A stretch of DNA of 64,000 nt from Myxococcales bacterium (GTDB lineage: Bacteria; Desulfobacterota; Binatia; HRBIN30), in assembly GCA_037445065.1 (NCBI GenBank), contig JBBILD010000003.1, forward strand, positions 96,001 through 160,000, read 5' to 3'. How positions within the stretch are numbered: position 1 is the stretch's first letter; each line of letters opens with the position of its first letter. Both the position numbers and the translations under genes were made by a program. Below, piece after piece: positions 52,786 through 61,284 of the stretch. The notes below the pieces were generated by a model. It was not told the DNA's origin and made no database searches. It worked only from the letters and a program-made list of their open reading frames with translations.

Positions 52786-54446
52786 GCAAGCACTCCAGCG
52801 CCTCGCAGGGCTTTGTAGGTAGCGAAGCCGCCCGAGAGGTTGGCGGCTTGGTACCCGAGCTGGGCCAAGAAACGGGTCGCGTAGTAGGCTCGTTGTCCGA
52901 CCCCACAGTACACCCACACGGGCCGCTGCCGCGGAATTTCATGGGCGCGGCGGCGCAATTCAGAAAGGGGGATGAGTACTGCACCAGGGATGTAGCCTGC
53001 TGCGTATTCGTCCGGCTCGCGTACATCGAGCAAGGTTCCAGAAAACCGCGGAAGTTCTTGCCAGTCGGCTATCGGCATATCCCCCGCCAGCACGTTTTGC
53101 GCAATCATTCCGGCCAAGTTCACCGGGTCTTTTGCCGCTCCGAACTGGGGTGCGTAGCACAGCTCTGCTTCGACTAGATCGGCAACCGTTCCGCGGAATT
53201 GGATGGCAGTGGCAATGACGTCAATGCGTTTCTCTACGCCTTCCCAGCCGACAGCCTGTGCGCCCAAGATGCGCCCATCTGGTACCGAGAAGAGTAGCTT
53301 GATGTGAATGGGCCGGGCGCCCGGATAGTAGCCAGCATGGTGGCCCGGGTGGAGGTAAATCGAACGAAAACGAGTCAGGCCAGCGCGGCGAAGCCCTTTC
53401 TCATGCGCTCCAGTGCAGGCCACTGTGAGGCCGAGGACGCCGACCACGGCCGTCGCCTGCACACCACGAAAGCGGGACTCGCGGCCCGCGATGGATTCGG
53501 CTGCAATGCGGCCCTGGCGGTTCGCTGGCCCGGCTAAGGGGAGAATCACTTCTTGGCCAGTGACCACATCGCTCACCTCCACAGCATCACCCACAGCCCA
53601 GATGTGCGGGTCGCTGGTCTGCATGTGTTCGTCCACTACGATTCCGCCGCGCGGGCCGAGCTTTAGCCCAGCCGTTTCTGCCAGGGCGGTCTCGGGTTTC
53701 ACCCCGATGGCCAGAATCACCAGGTCGCTTTCGATCCCCGTACCTCGTTCGGTGCGCACGAGCAGCGAGGAGTTCGCTTGTTCGATAGCTTGCAGCCCGT
53801 CTCCCAAATGGAGTCGAATACCTTGCGCGCGCAAGTGTTCTTGTACCGGCCAAGCCATTTCCGGGTCGAGGGGCGGCATGAGCTGGGGGAGCTTTTCCAC
53901 AATCGTGACTTCCAGCCCGCGGCGCTGTAAGTTTTCCGCCATCTCCAAGCCAATGAATCCGCCGCCAATGACGGTAGCCGACCCTGGCTGTCGTTCTTCG
54001 AGCCAAGCCCGAATTCTCCGAGAATCGGGGATGTTCCTGATGACGAATACGCCTGGCAACCGAACACCTGGGAGGGGTGGGACGACCGGAGCCGCCCCGG
54101 GAGCGAGAACAAGCACATCGTACGACTCCCAGCGTTCTTCTCCCGTCGGCAAGTAGCAGACAAGGATCCGACGCCTCTGCGCATCGACTGAGCGCACCTC
54201 GCTCTCAGTCTGCACATCAATGTTGAAGCGCGATTGAAACAGTTCGCGCGAAGCGACTAGGAGTTTTGTCTCGTCTGCAATGACGTTGCCGACGTAATAC
54301 GGCAAACCGCAGTTGGCGAAGGAGACATACGGGCCGCGATCGAAAATCACGATCTCGCACGACTCGTCCAGTCTGCGCAGTCGCGCGGCACACGAAGCTC
54401 CGCCGGCCACCCCGCCAACGATCAGGACGCGCCGGCTTGCTGCCAC
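52782..54446 (-). CDS. CoA-disulfide reductase / persulfide reductase with rhodanese domain
   Basis: GGVAGGASCAAR, SFANCGLPYY, GGGFIGLE, YAPQFG, LDVREPDEY, YCGVGQR. Confidence 0.9.
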   Translation of the reverse strand: MAASRRVLIVGGVAGGASCAARLRRLDESCEIVIFDRGPYVSFANCGLPYYVGNVIADETKLLVASRELFQSRFNIDVQTESEVRSVDAQRRRILVCYLPTGEERWESYDVLVLAPGAAPVVPPLPGVRLPGVFVIRNIPDSRRIRAWLEERQPGSATVIGGGFIGLEMAENLQRRGLEVTIVEKLPQLMPPLDPEMAWPVQEHLRAQGIRLHLGDGLQAIEQANSSLLVRTERGTGIESDLVILAIGVKPETALAETAGLKLGPRGGIVVDEHMQTSDPHIWAVGDAVEVSDVVTGQEVILPLAGPANRQGRIAAESIAGRESRFRGVQATAVVGVLGLTVACTGAHEKGLRRAGLTRFRSIYLHPGHHAGYYPGARPIHIKLLFSVPDGRILGAQAVGWEGVEKRIDVIATAIQFRGTVADLVEAELCYAPQFGAAKDPVNLAGMIAQNVLAGDMPIADWQELPRFSGTLLDVREPDEYAAGYIPGAVLIPLSELRRRAHEIPRQRPVWVYCGVGQRAYYATRFLAQLGYQAANLSGGFATYKALRGAGVLA

Positions 54447-54447
54447 G

Positions 54448-54936
54448 TTACCTCCAGCCGATCGGCTCGTAGCCTCGTTCCCGTAAACACCGCTCCACGA
54501 AGCCGACGAACACCGGGTCCACCCTCCCGCCAGCGCCGGCGCGGAAAATACCGCTCAGGAATCCTCCCGTGGCCCCAGTGGCCGCACCAACCTTTGCACC
54601 GTGCCCGGCATCTCCACTCACCGCCCCAGCCACTGCTCCCACAGCGGCTCCGGCCGCGGCCCCGGCTGCGGTTTGGCGAGCCACATCCTCGGCAGGCCGG
54701 TGCCCGGCGCGTTGCGCTCCTCCTAAAAAGGCACGGGCGCGGCTCATGCAAAGCTCTACGTCCTGTTCCGCCTGCGCTGGTCCGACTCGTTCATACGTCG
54801 GGTTCGGGTACAGAACAGGCCGCGGACCAGCGCAGCCGCTGACGATCCATGCGGAACTAGCGAACAATGCCCATACCAAGGCCTGCCAGCGAAAACGAGT
54901 TGCGTTAAATGGGCACGCCCCGATGACAGAACGCAT
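54448..54936 (-). CDS. Glycine-zipper lipoprotein
   Basis: Lipobox VSGC, PVLYPN, AGAAAGAAVGAVAGAV glycine zipper, VERCLRERGYEPIGW; start uncertain. Confidence 0.75.
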   Translation of the reverse strand: MRSVIGACPFNATRFRWQALVWALFASSAWIVSGCAGPRPVLYPNPTYERVGPAQAEQDVELCMSRARAFLGGAQRAGHRPAEDVARQTAAGAAAGAAVGAVAGAVSGDAGHGAKVGAATGATGGFLSGIFRAGAGGRVDPVFVGFVERCLRERGYEPIGWR

Positions 54937-54967
54937 AGCGAATGGGTTGGTGCTCAAAAATGCACCC

Positions 54968-55372
54968 TCATCCTCGCGGTTTGGGAGGCACCGTGGAGTG
55001 TATAGGCGACCCGCTTTTGCCGCCGGTCTCGGCCAAGCCACGCAGAATCGACTCGACCTCCTCGCGTAAGTTCCCACGCCGCGATCCGAAGAAAGATCGA
55101 CTCTGAAGAGCCACTTCGCGGCCAACGATGTCCGCCATAACCAACTCGGCCAACACCTGGCAAATCAGTGACCTCATTGCGCGCGCTCGGGCGCGAAAGC
55201 GAGCTTGGCGTTCGCTTTTCTCTAGCTTGGCGTGCTGGACACTGACCACCCCATTGGGAAGCTGGGCCCGCAATACGCGGCGAAGTCGAAGTTCCCAAGC
55301 CGGAGGTAACTCCACGATGAATTCCCCCGGTTTGCGTCCGGGGCGGACAGAAACGTGGGAAGCACGGCTCAT
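54968..55372 (-). CDS. Hypothetical protein
   Basis: Open frame with helical character filling the gap before the pilin promoter; no recognised motif. Confidence 0.4.
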   Translation of the reverse strand: MSRASHVSVRPGRKPGEFIVELPPAWELRLRRVLRAQLPNGVVSVQHAKLEKSERQARFRARARAMRSLICQVLAELVMADIVGREVALQSRSFFGSRRGNLREEVESILRGLAETGGKSGSPIHSTVPPKPRG

Positions 55373-55657
55373 AAGGCGGTTCAGCAGTAGCAAGCCTCCG
55401 GCGCGTTGTCCAACAGAAATCTACAACGAGACTGTGAACGCATGACTTGGGAAGCTCACGCGGCAAAGCAGATGCGCAAACTCGCCGTTTCGAGAGGAAG
55501 AAACACGTCATCGGCTGGTGCAGGTGGCGGAGCGCTGGTGACAAACTTTGTCGCCAGCGTTGGAGATGCGACTTTCGAAGCAGCACAATTCGGCAGAAAA
55601 AGCCCCAGCTTCGGACTTTGGCACGAACACGAAAATTCTTGCACGAGAAAAAAAGAC

Positions 55658-55674
55658 TCGGTACGAGGTTTGCT
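55658..55674 (+). promoter_or_regulatory. Sigma54 (-24/-12) promoter candidate for pilin
   Basis: TCGGTACGAGGTTTGCT = GG-N10-GC, close to consensus TGGCACG-N4-TTGCW. Confidence 0.6.
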
Positions 55675-55697
55675 GTCGGCCGGCGATGGAGCGGGTC

Positions 55698-56078
55698 GTG
55701 GGAAAGAGAAAAACAAACGGGTTCACCTTAATCGAGCTTCTCACCGTGATCGCGATTCTCGGTGTGCTGGCGGCGATCGCGATCCCCCAGTTCATGCTGT
55801 ATCGCCAGCATGCTTTCGATGGGCTTGCGCAAAGCGACTTGCGCAACGTAGTAACTGCCGAGGAGGCGTACTTTACCGCGAACGGGTCTTATGTGAGCTG
55901 CAGTTCGGCGGCGAACTGTCAAGCAATTTTGCACGGCTACACGAAATCGGACAATGGCGTACAACTCGCAGTGGAAGCAACGGCGACCACCTTCGTGGGC
56001 ACCTCCAAACACATCCAGGGAGGTGGGGGAATCTGGAAGTTCGACAGCGAACAAGGCCGCTATATTTATTTAGAATAG
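55698..56078 (+). CDS. pilA: Type IVa major pilin (Geobacter PilA-like N-terminus)
   Basis: Prepilin site KTNG|FTLIELLTVIAILGVLAAIAIPQF..SDLRN; GTG start with GGAG (alternative ATG 55686); 118-aa mature protein. Confidence 0.88.
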   Translation: MGKRKTNGFTLIELLTVIAILGVLAAIAIPQFMLYRQHAFDGLAQSDLRNVVTAEEAYFTANGSYVSCSSAANCQAILHGYTKSDNGVQLAVEATATTFVGTSKHIQGGGGIWKFDSEQGRYIYLE

Positions 56079-56139
56079 CTGCTGATCCGCTCGAGGGGCG
56101 GGCGGCGGCCTGAATGTTGGCGGAAGCATCGATTGGTGG

Positions 56140-56254
56140 GGTTTCCTGACGGGACCGGCCGAGACGTGGGATGCCCGAAAACCGCTGGGGCGCCCGAGCG
56201 GGCGATGGCGTTTGCGGCGCATCCCTCCGTTTCGCATGCCGGTCGTCAGGAACC
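56140..56254. other. Long multi-stem inverted-repeat structure in pilin-adhesin intergenic region
   Basis: Nested stems TTCCTGACG/CGTCAGGAA, ACCGGC/GCCGGT, CGAGACG/CGTTTCG, GGGATGC/GCATCCC. Confidence 0.45.
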
Positions 56255-56439
56255 GAGAGGCTAGATACGCAGGGTTGCGAGGGGTTCCACGAGCGCGGCG
56301 TTTGCTGTGCCCCAAAGCCCCAATTTTTCTTCTCTGGCTGCTTGCCTCGCTCGGCCGCTACGCGGTAGGCGCAGCCCGAGCTGCTGAGCGGAAGGGGGGC
56401 GCGAAGCGAGCGCGCGGAACTCGCGGAAGGAGCGTCACA

Positions 56440-58812
56440 ATGGCTCGTCAGGGGCAAGTGGAGCGAAAGATCGGGCTGGGAGGGCTTTGCGTCATTGCTG
56501 CGATGTTCGTGGCGCAACTTGGCGTCCACTCGGCGGGGGCAATCCAATGTAGCGGCGGAGAGACCGACGGATTTTCTTGCGACGATGGCAATCCCTGCAC
56601 GGTGGGCGACGTGTGCTGGAACCAGCAGTGCCAACCGGGCTCTGTTGCCACAGGCAACGCGTGTGACGATGGAGACGTATGTACGATCGGTGAGAGCTGC
56701 CAGTCGGACGGTTCGTGCGGTGGGGGAAGCATCAACGGTGCGTGCGGTTGCTGCGAGTTCACCAGTAATACGGGGGGCGGTGAGTTCGGAACTTGCACCT
56801 CGCCGGTGACCGAGGAGGATTGCGAGCAGGAGCTAGGAGGGTTCTTTGAACAAGGGGGCATTTGCAATACGCAGTCAGGCGTTTGCCAGGCTGGCGGCGA
56901 GTGTGGGAACGGGCAGGTGGAGGGGTTCGAACAGTGCGACGACGGCAACCAAGAAAGTGGCGACTGCTGCGACGCGAGCTGCCAGTTCGAATCGCAAGGC
57001 GCAGCCTGCAAGGATGGCAACCCATGCACACTCAACGATTCTTGCGACGGGTCTGGCATTTGCACCGGGGGCAGTGCAAACCCGCAGTGTGGTTGCTGCG
57101 AGTTCGGTCTCCTTTCGAGCGTCTTCGATTCGTCAGCGCGGACGCTCGAGGGCGCCTGCGAGGCCCCGGTGGAGGAACAGTCTTGCCGCGATTCGCTGGG
57201 GGAGTTCTTCCAGGGGGCGAGTTGCAATCTGGAACTCGGCACGTGTGAATTAGCCGCGGTTTGCGGCAACGGGACGGTCGAGATCGGTGAACAGTGCGAC
57301 GACGGAAACCTGGAGAACGGAGATTGTTGCGACTCCTCCTGCCAGTTTGAGGAGCTGGAAAGCCCTTGCAGCGACGGAAATGCTTGCACCGACGAGGACT
57401 ATTGCAACGGCGAAGGGACCTGCGTCTCTGGCGTTCCCGTAAGCTGCAACGATTCCAACGAGTGCACGACGGACGTGTGCGATCCGCAGCAGGGGTGTAC
57501 CTTTACTCCGAATAACGATCCGTGCGACGACGGGAATGCGTGTACGTTCGATGATACCTGCTCCGACGGCCAGTGCATTGGCACGCTGGTCTCCTGCCAG
57601 CCGCCGGTCCCGCCGTGCGAGTCCGGCGAGTTTTGCAACCCGAGCAGCGGCTTGTGTGAAGCTCTACCTGACGCGCCCACCACGGTTCCATGCGAACTGG
57701 ACCAGAACGTCTGCACGGTAGACCGCTGTGATGGCAACGGTTCGTGTCAGTTCGTGGAAAACGCCGAGGCTGGCACGCCGTGCGACGACGGATTGTTCTG
57801 TAACGGCCTGGGCGACACATGCGACGGATCGGGTCAATGCCAGCATCCGGGGGACCCCTGCTCGGGTGGGAGCGAGTGCAGCCGGACTTGCAATGAGGCG
57901 GCGGACAACTGCTTTGACCCGGTTGGAACGCCGTGCAGCGAGGATGGGTTGGTGTGCACGGCGGATCAATGCGACGGGTCGGGGATCTGTGGCCACACGC
58001 AGGTGCCGGTGAGCCAATGCCCGAAGGGCTACGTGATCTTGGAGGCGCCTGCATCGGCAACAGTCAATGCGGAAGTTGCCTACACCTCACAGGTCAAGGG
58101 CGGTTCGGCATGCGCGGAAAACGTACGGCTCCGACAGGCGTCGCTGCTGGATGGAAACGCGATCGGGCCGAGTGGCGTGAGGGTCGGAAAGGATGCTGTG
58201 GCAAGCGGCATGTGTGTCACTGCCGGTGCGAGCGTGATTCTTGGCGTGAACGCGCAGTGTCTGGCGGGTACCGACACGAGTGGCACGCATACGTTGCTAA
58301 GCGATTGTTCAGGCGCATCGGACTTGGCGGAACAGCGGAGGCAGATGCTGCTCGCTCTGAGTGCGGATCAGAGTTTGGGGTCGGTCACCGTTGGAACGAG
58401 TGCCACGCATGACATCACTCCGTTCAGCACGGCACCTGGTGACGTGGTGGTGATTGACTACGATTCGCTTACGATCAAACCGAACCGTACCCTCACGATC
58501 AAAGGGAACGCGAACACGGCGGCGGTGGTCATTCGCATCTCAGGGAATCTGCGCGTACGCCTGAACGGGAAGATCGTTACGCAGGGCATCCCCGCAGGCC
58601 CGGGGGGATCTCCGGCTGAGCGCGTGCTGTTTTTGGTAGGGGGAACGGCGGAGCTTCGGCGGATTGCGGAGGTGCAGGGCACGATTTTCTCCCAAGGTAC
58701 GCTCACCGTCCGCCGGGACGCGCAGGTGACCGGTGCGCTGGTCAGCGCTGCTTCGCCCTTGCGGGTGCGACCATCGGTGGAAGTCGTCCACGCGCCGTGG
58801 GTACTGTGGTAG
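56440..58812 (+). CDS. Secreted Cys-rich repeat protein (CDDGNxCT and CGNG..EQCDDGN/DUF4215-type repeats) with C-terminal beta-helix-like domain
   Basis: Signal peptide after MARQGQV (RBS AAGGAG); many CDDGN repeats; two CGNG..EQCDDGN..GDCCD..C units; DUF3494-like C-terminus. Confidence 0.82.
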   Translation: MARQGQVERKIGLGGLCVIAAMFVAQLGVHSAGAIQCSGGETDGFSCDDGNPCTVGDVCWNQQCQPGSVATGNACDDGDVCTIGESCQSDGSCGGGSINGACGCCEFTSNTGGGEFGTCTSPVTEEDCEQELGGFFEQGGICNTQSGVCQAGGECGNGQVEGFEQCDDGNQESGDCCDASCQFESQGAACKDGNPCTLNDSCDGSGICTGGSANPQCGCCEFGLLSSVFDSSARTLEGACEAPVEEQSCRDSLGEFFQGASCNLELGTCELAAVCGNGTVEIGEQCDDGNLENGDCCDSSCQFEELESPCSDGNACTDEDYCNGEGTCVSGVPVSCNDSNECTTDVCDPQQGCTFTPNNDPCDDGNACTFDDTCSDGQCIGTLVSCQPPVPPCESGEFCNPSSGLCEALPDAPTTVPCELDQNVCTVDRCDGNGSCQFVENAEAGTPCDDGLFCNGLGDTCDGSGQCQHPGDPCSGGSECSRTCNEAADNCFDPVGTPCSEDGLVCTADQCDGSGICGHTQVPVSQCPKGYVILEAPASATVNAEVAYTSQVKGGSACAENVRLRQASLLDGNAIGPSGVRVGKDAVASGMCVTAGASVILGVNAQCLAGTDTSGTHTLLSDCSGASDLAEQRRQMLLALSADQSLGSVTVGTSATHDITPFSTAPGDVVVIDYDSLTIKPNRTLTIKGNANTAAVVIRISGNLRVRLNGKIVTQGIPAGPGGSPAERVLFLVGGTAELRRIAEVQGTIFSQGTLTVRRDAQVTGALVSAASPLRVRPSVEVVHAPWVLW

Positions 58813-58854
58813 CCGTCGCTCACCAGCGCCCGCGCGCAGGTGCATTCGGTAGCA

Positions 58855-58897
58855 GCGGCCTACCCCTCATGAGCTAGGGGTAGGCCGCCTTTGCTTT
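58855..58897 (+). terminator. Intrinsic terminator after Cys-rich protein
   Basis: 13-bp stem GCGGCCTACCCCT/AGGGGTAGGCCGC followed by CTTTGCTTT. Confidence 0.72.
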
Positions 58898-59566
58898 CCG
58901 AAGTAAGCGGCCGAAGTGAATGGGACAGAAATTGGCTGTAGCTTCGGACCGAAGCTTCTCCTCCAATTAGGCCGCCAAAGCCTCATTTGGAGTGGTGGGC
59001 CTGCGCGATTGTCGCCCTTTGGAGATCTCATGGTCTCTAAGCCCGAGCGAGGGCGTACTTCAGCGAGAGACTGCGTAGACCACTGTGAGTTGCCGCGTGG
59101 CAGTGGCCCGAGCTGTCCTCACCGTTTTTAGGTGAGAGCCAACTCGGGGGACACCGGTTCTCACGGTGACGGTTGTTAAAGCGGGGTCGCGGCTGCCAGG
59201 ATCCACGAGAGGCAGGGTGCGCTTTTCGGCTGCCGCGAGTTCGGACGTTGTGGCTGGTTTGCTCGCTGCAATTCGTATCGAAGTTCGACCGTCGCGTTGG
59301 CGTTCCGCTTGTCGGGCCAGTAACAGCAGGCGCCAAAGACCGTGCATCGGCCCGGCAGAAATCCTGAAGAGCAGAGCGATACAACAACGAAGGAGAGCGC
59401 CGTCGGAAGCCCGATCTCTCCAAACGCGGGACGGTGCGAGCAAGGCGTCGAGGCCACTGCGATGGGGGCCACATTGTAAAGGGCTGTGCCGGAAAAGAGG
59501 GCCGTGGGTTAGGCGGAGCTGGCGGGGCTGAGGAGGGAGGGAAAAGAAGAAAGATCCCGATGTGGT

Positions 59567-59585
59567 GAAAATGATTATCAAAATC
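59567..59585 (+). promoter_or_regulatory. Fur box
   Basis: GAAAATGATTATCAAAATC matches GATAATGATAATCATTATC at 15/19; AT-rich island upstream of a TonB-receptor unit. Confidence 0.75.
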
Positions 59586-59762
59586 GTTACAGACCAGCTC
59601 CGATGGGCCACGAGAGGAGAAGAAAGAGAAGTTGGGGCTCGGTAATCGCATTTCGGGGAGGACAGCTACGTCGAAGCCGATTGCGGCGATTGCGCTCGGA
59701 GGCCGGTGCCCGGTGCGCGTGAGGTGGGCGGCTGTGTCGCCAACAGCGGTTGGGATTGAACG

Positions 59763-59975
59763 ATGAGCGAGGCATCGAGTGGGAAGCGTGATCCTGCTTT
59801 CGTTGGCGGGCCGGGGGATGTCCGTTGTTGCTGCGGCAGTTTGCTTGCTCGGCTGCTGAAGGATGGAGTCGAGCTCAAGTGCCGCCGATGCAAGCGCATT
59901 GTGTTTCTGGATTTCAGAGGAGAGCTCGTTGTGAAGGAGCGTTCACCGCCGGACAGAGGCGTTTCTTCGACTTGA
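59763..59975 (+). CDS. Small Com-like zinc-ribbon protein
   Basis: DVRCCCGSLLARLLKDGVELKCRRCKRIVFL resembles the phage Mu Com pattern (RCxxCxKLL...IEIRCPRCKR). Confidence 0.7.
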   Translation: MSEASSGKRDPAFVGGPGDVRCCCGSLLARLLKDGVELKCRRCKRIVFLDFRGELVVKERSPPDRGVSST

Positions 59976-60053
59976 CTTTGTTTCCGCGGCCCGAGGTCAC
60001 GAACCCAGAGCCCACGTGATTTTCTGACTTTGACAACACATTTGGAGGGTTCG

Positions 60054-61205
60054 ATGAGAGTTCGGAAAAGACCGTTCGTACTAAGTTTGTGGGCTGTGAC
60101 TGTGATGCTTCTCGCGCCACAAGCGGAGACGCGCGCAGACACTCTGGTGATCGACGATCAAACCCCGGGCACGGTATATGATGCGATCTTGGATGGTTAC
60201 CCTGGGTTTTTCACCCAGGACGGAATGCCGGACGCTGGCAACAACAATTTGGCGGTTGCCTTGAAGGCTGGCGCTACTGAGTTGCGCAGCATCGCCGAGT
60301 TTCCTCTTTCTCCGCTAGCAGGCCGGACCTCAGCGGATGTCTTGTCGGCGAAGTTGCGTTTTAATGTGGACGACGTTTTGGGGTTTCTGGGTGCACCGCT
60401 CAGCGGCTGCGCGCCTGAGAATATCGCGGTGTGGGTACGGGCTGGTGACGGTGCGATTCCTCTTTCCGACTTCATCGTAACGGGCCCGCCTACCGCTGTA
60501 GTGAACACGGGCCTGAGTTGCTCAATCACCGATACGACCCTGGGCAGCACGGGTCCTGTGATCTTTGAGGTCACGGTGACCTCCGCCTTGAAGGACCTCC
60601 TGGAGGCAAATGCGCAGTTCGCCAATGTTGTCTGGGCAACGAACTCTGACAACACAGGTGCCTCGATGGACGACTTGGGGCTGGACAGTTCTGGGCCTCC
60701 TGGGGTTCGCGGTGCCCGCATGCCCTATCTGGTCATTGAGTTAGCGGAACTGCCTCCCCCCTCGCTGGATGCGAAGACCCGGCGGTGCCAGCGGACTGTG
60801 ACAACACACGCTCTAAGCTTAGAGAGTCTTGTGCAGCGGCAGCTCGCTGCGTGCAGCGATCGTGTGCTCAACGACTCCGCTGCCGGGAAACCGCTGACGA
60901 AGGCAACGGATTTCTGCGCTGCGCGCTTGTCGTGGATACCCGTTGACAATTCGCGAGTGTGGAAATGGCGCGGCGCGGCGGAGGCGGCGATCCGCAAGGC
61001 GTGTGCTCCGCCGGTCGTGCTGACCGATTTAGGCCCGCCTTGTGATCAAAATATCGTGGATGAAACTGCGCTGGCGACCTGCGTTTTGGACCAGGCACTG
61101 CAAAGTGCTCAGAGAACGTTCCGCCGCTCTAACGCGCTGATTTGTCGTACCTTGACGGCAGTGGGGCTGAACCTCCAGTACCCAAACGCTTGCTCGCTGA
61201 ACTGA
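60054..61205 (+). CDS. Secreted protein A: DNRLRE-like beta domain plus Cys-containing helical C-terminal domain
   Basis: Signal MRVRKRPFVLSLWAVTVMLLAPQAETRA; RBS GGAGG; N-domain paralogous to the next gene. Confidence 0.75.
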   Translation: MRVRKRPFVLSLWAVTVMLLAPQAETRADTLVIDDQTPGTVYDAILDGYPGFFTQDGMPDAGNNNLAVALKAGATELRSIAEFPLSPLAGRTSADVLSAKLRFNVDDVLGFLGAPLSGCAPENIAVWVRAGDGAIPLSDFIVTGPPTAVVNTGLSCSITDTTLGSTGPVIFEVTVTSALKDLLEANAQFANVVWATNSDNTGASMDDLGLDSSGPPGVRGARMPYLVIELAELPPPSLDAKTRRCQRTVTTHALSLESLVQRQLAACSDRVLNDSAAGKPLTKATDFCAARLSWIPVDNSRVWKWRGAAEAAIRKACAPPVVLTDLGPPCDQNIVDETALATCVLDQALQSAQRTFRRSNALICRTLTAVGLNLQYPNACSLN

Positions 61206-61284
61206 GTGAGCGCGTGCCGTCAGCCCCGGGGCCGTGTCGTGAGTGCGGCGGCACAGCCCCGGCTCCCTGATCCGGAGGTCAGAG

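Noticed and set aside
55450..55520. Possible c-di-GMP (GEMM) riboswitch upstream of pilin (GGCAAA...CGCAAA)
   Set aside because: Lacks the intervening GAAA-tetraloop stem and the correct spacing
55618..55633. TTGGCACG perfect sigma54 -24 element
   Set aside because: No GC at the -12 position; the site at 55658-55674 fits better
56560..58020. Repeated TGCGACGA(C/T)GG DNA motifs as a CRISPR or tandem array
   Set aside because: In-frame coding repeats (CDDG) with irregular spacing; no cas genes in the window
58900..59760. Cobalamin riboswitch ahead of the TonB receptor unit
   Set aside because: No B12-box or conserved GGGAA/GCCCCCGCAACTGT elements seen; a Fur box explains the regulation better
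59763..59975. Prophage inferred from the Com-like gene
   Set aside because: No integrase, transposase, mom or structural phage genes anywhere in the window
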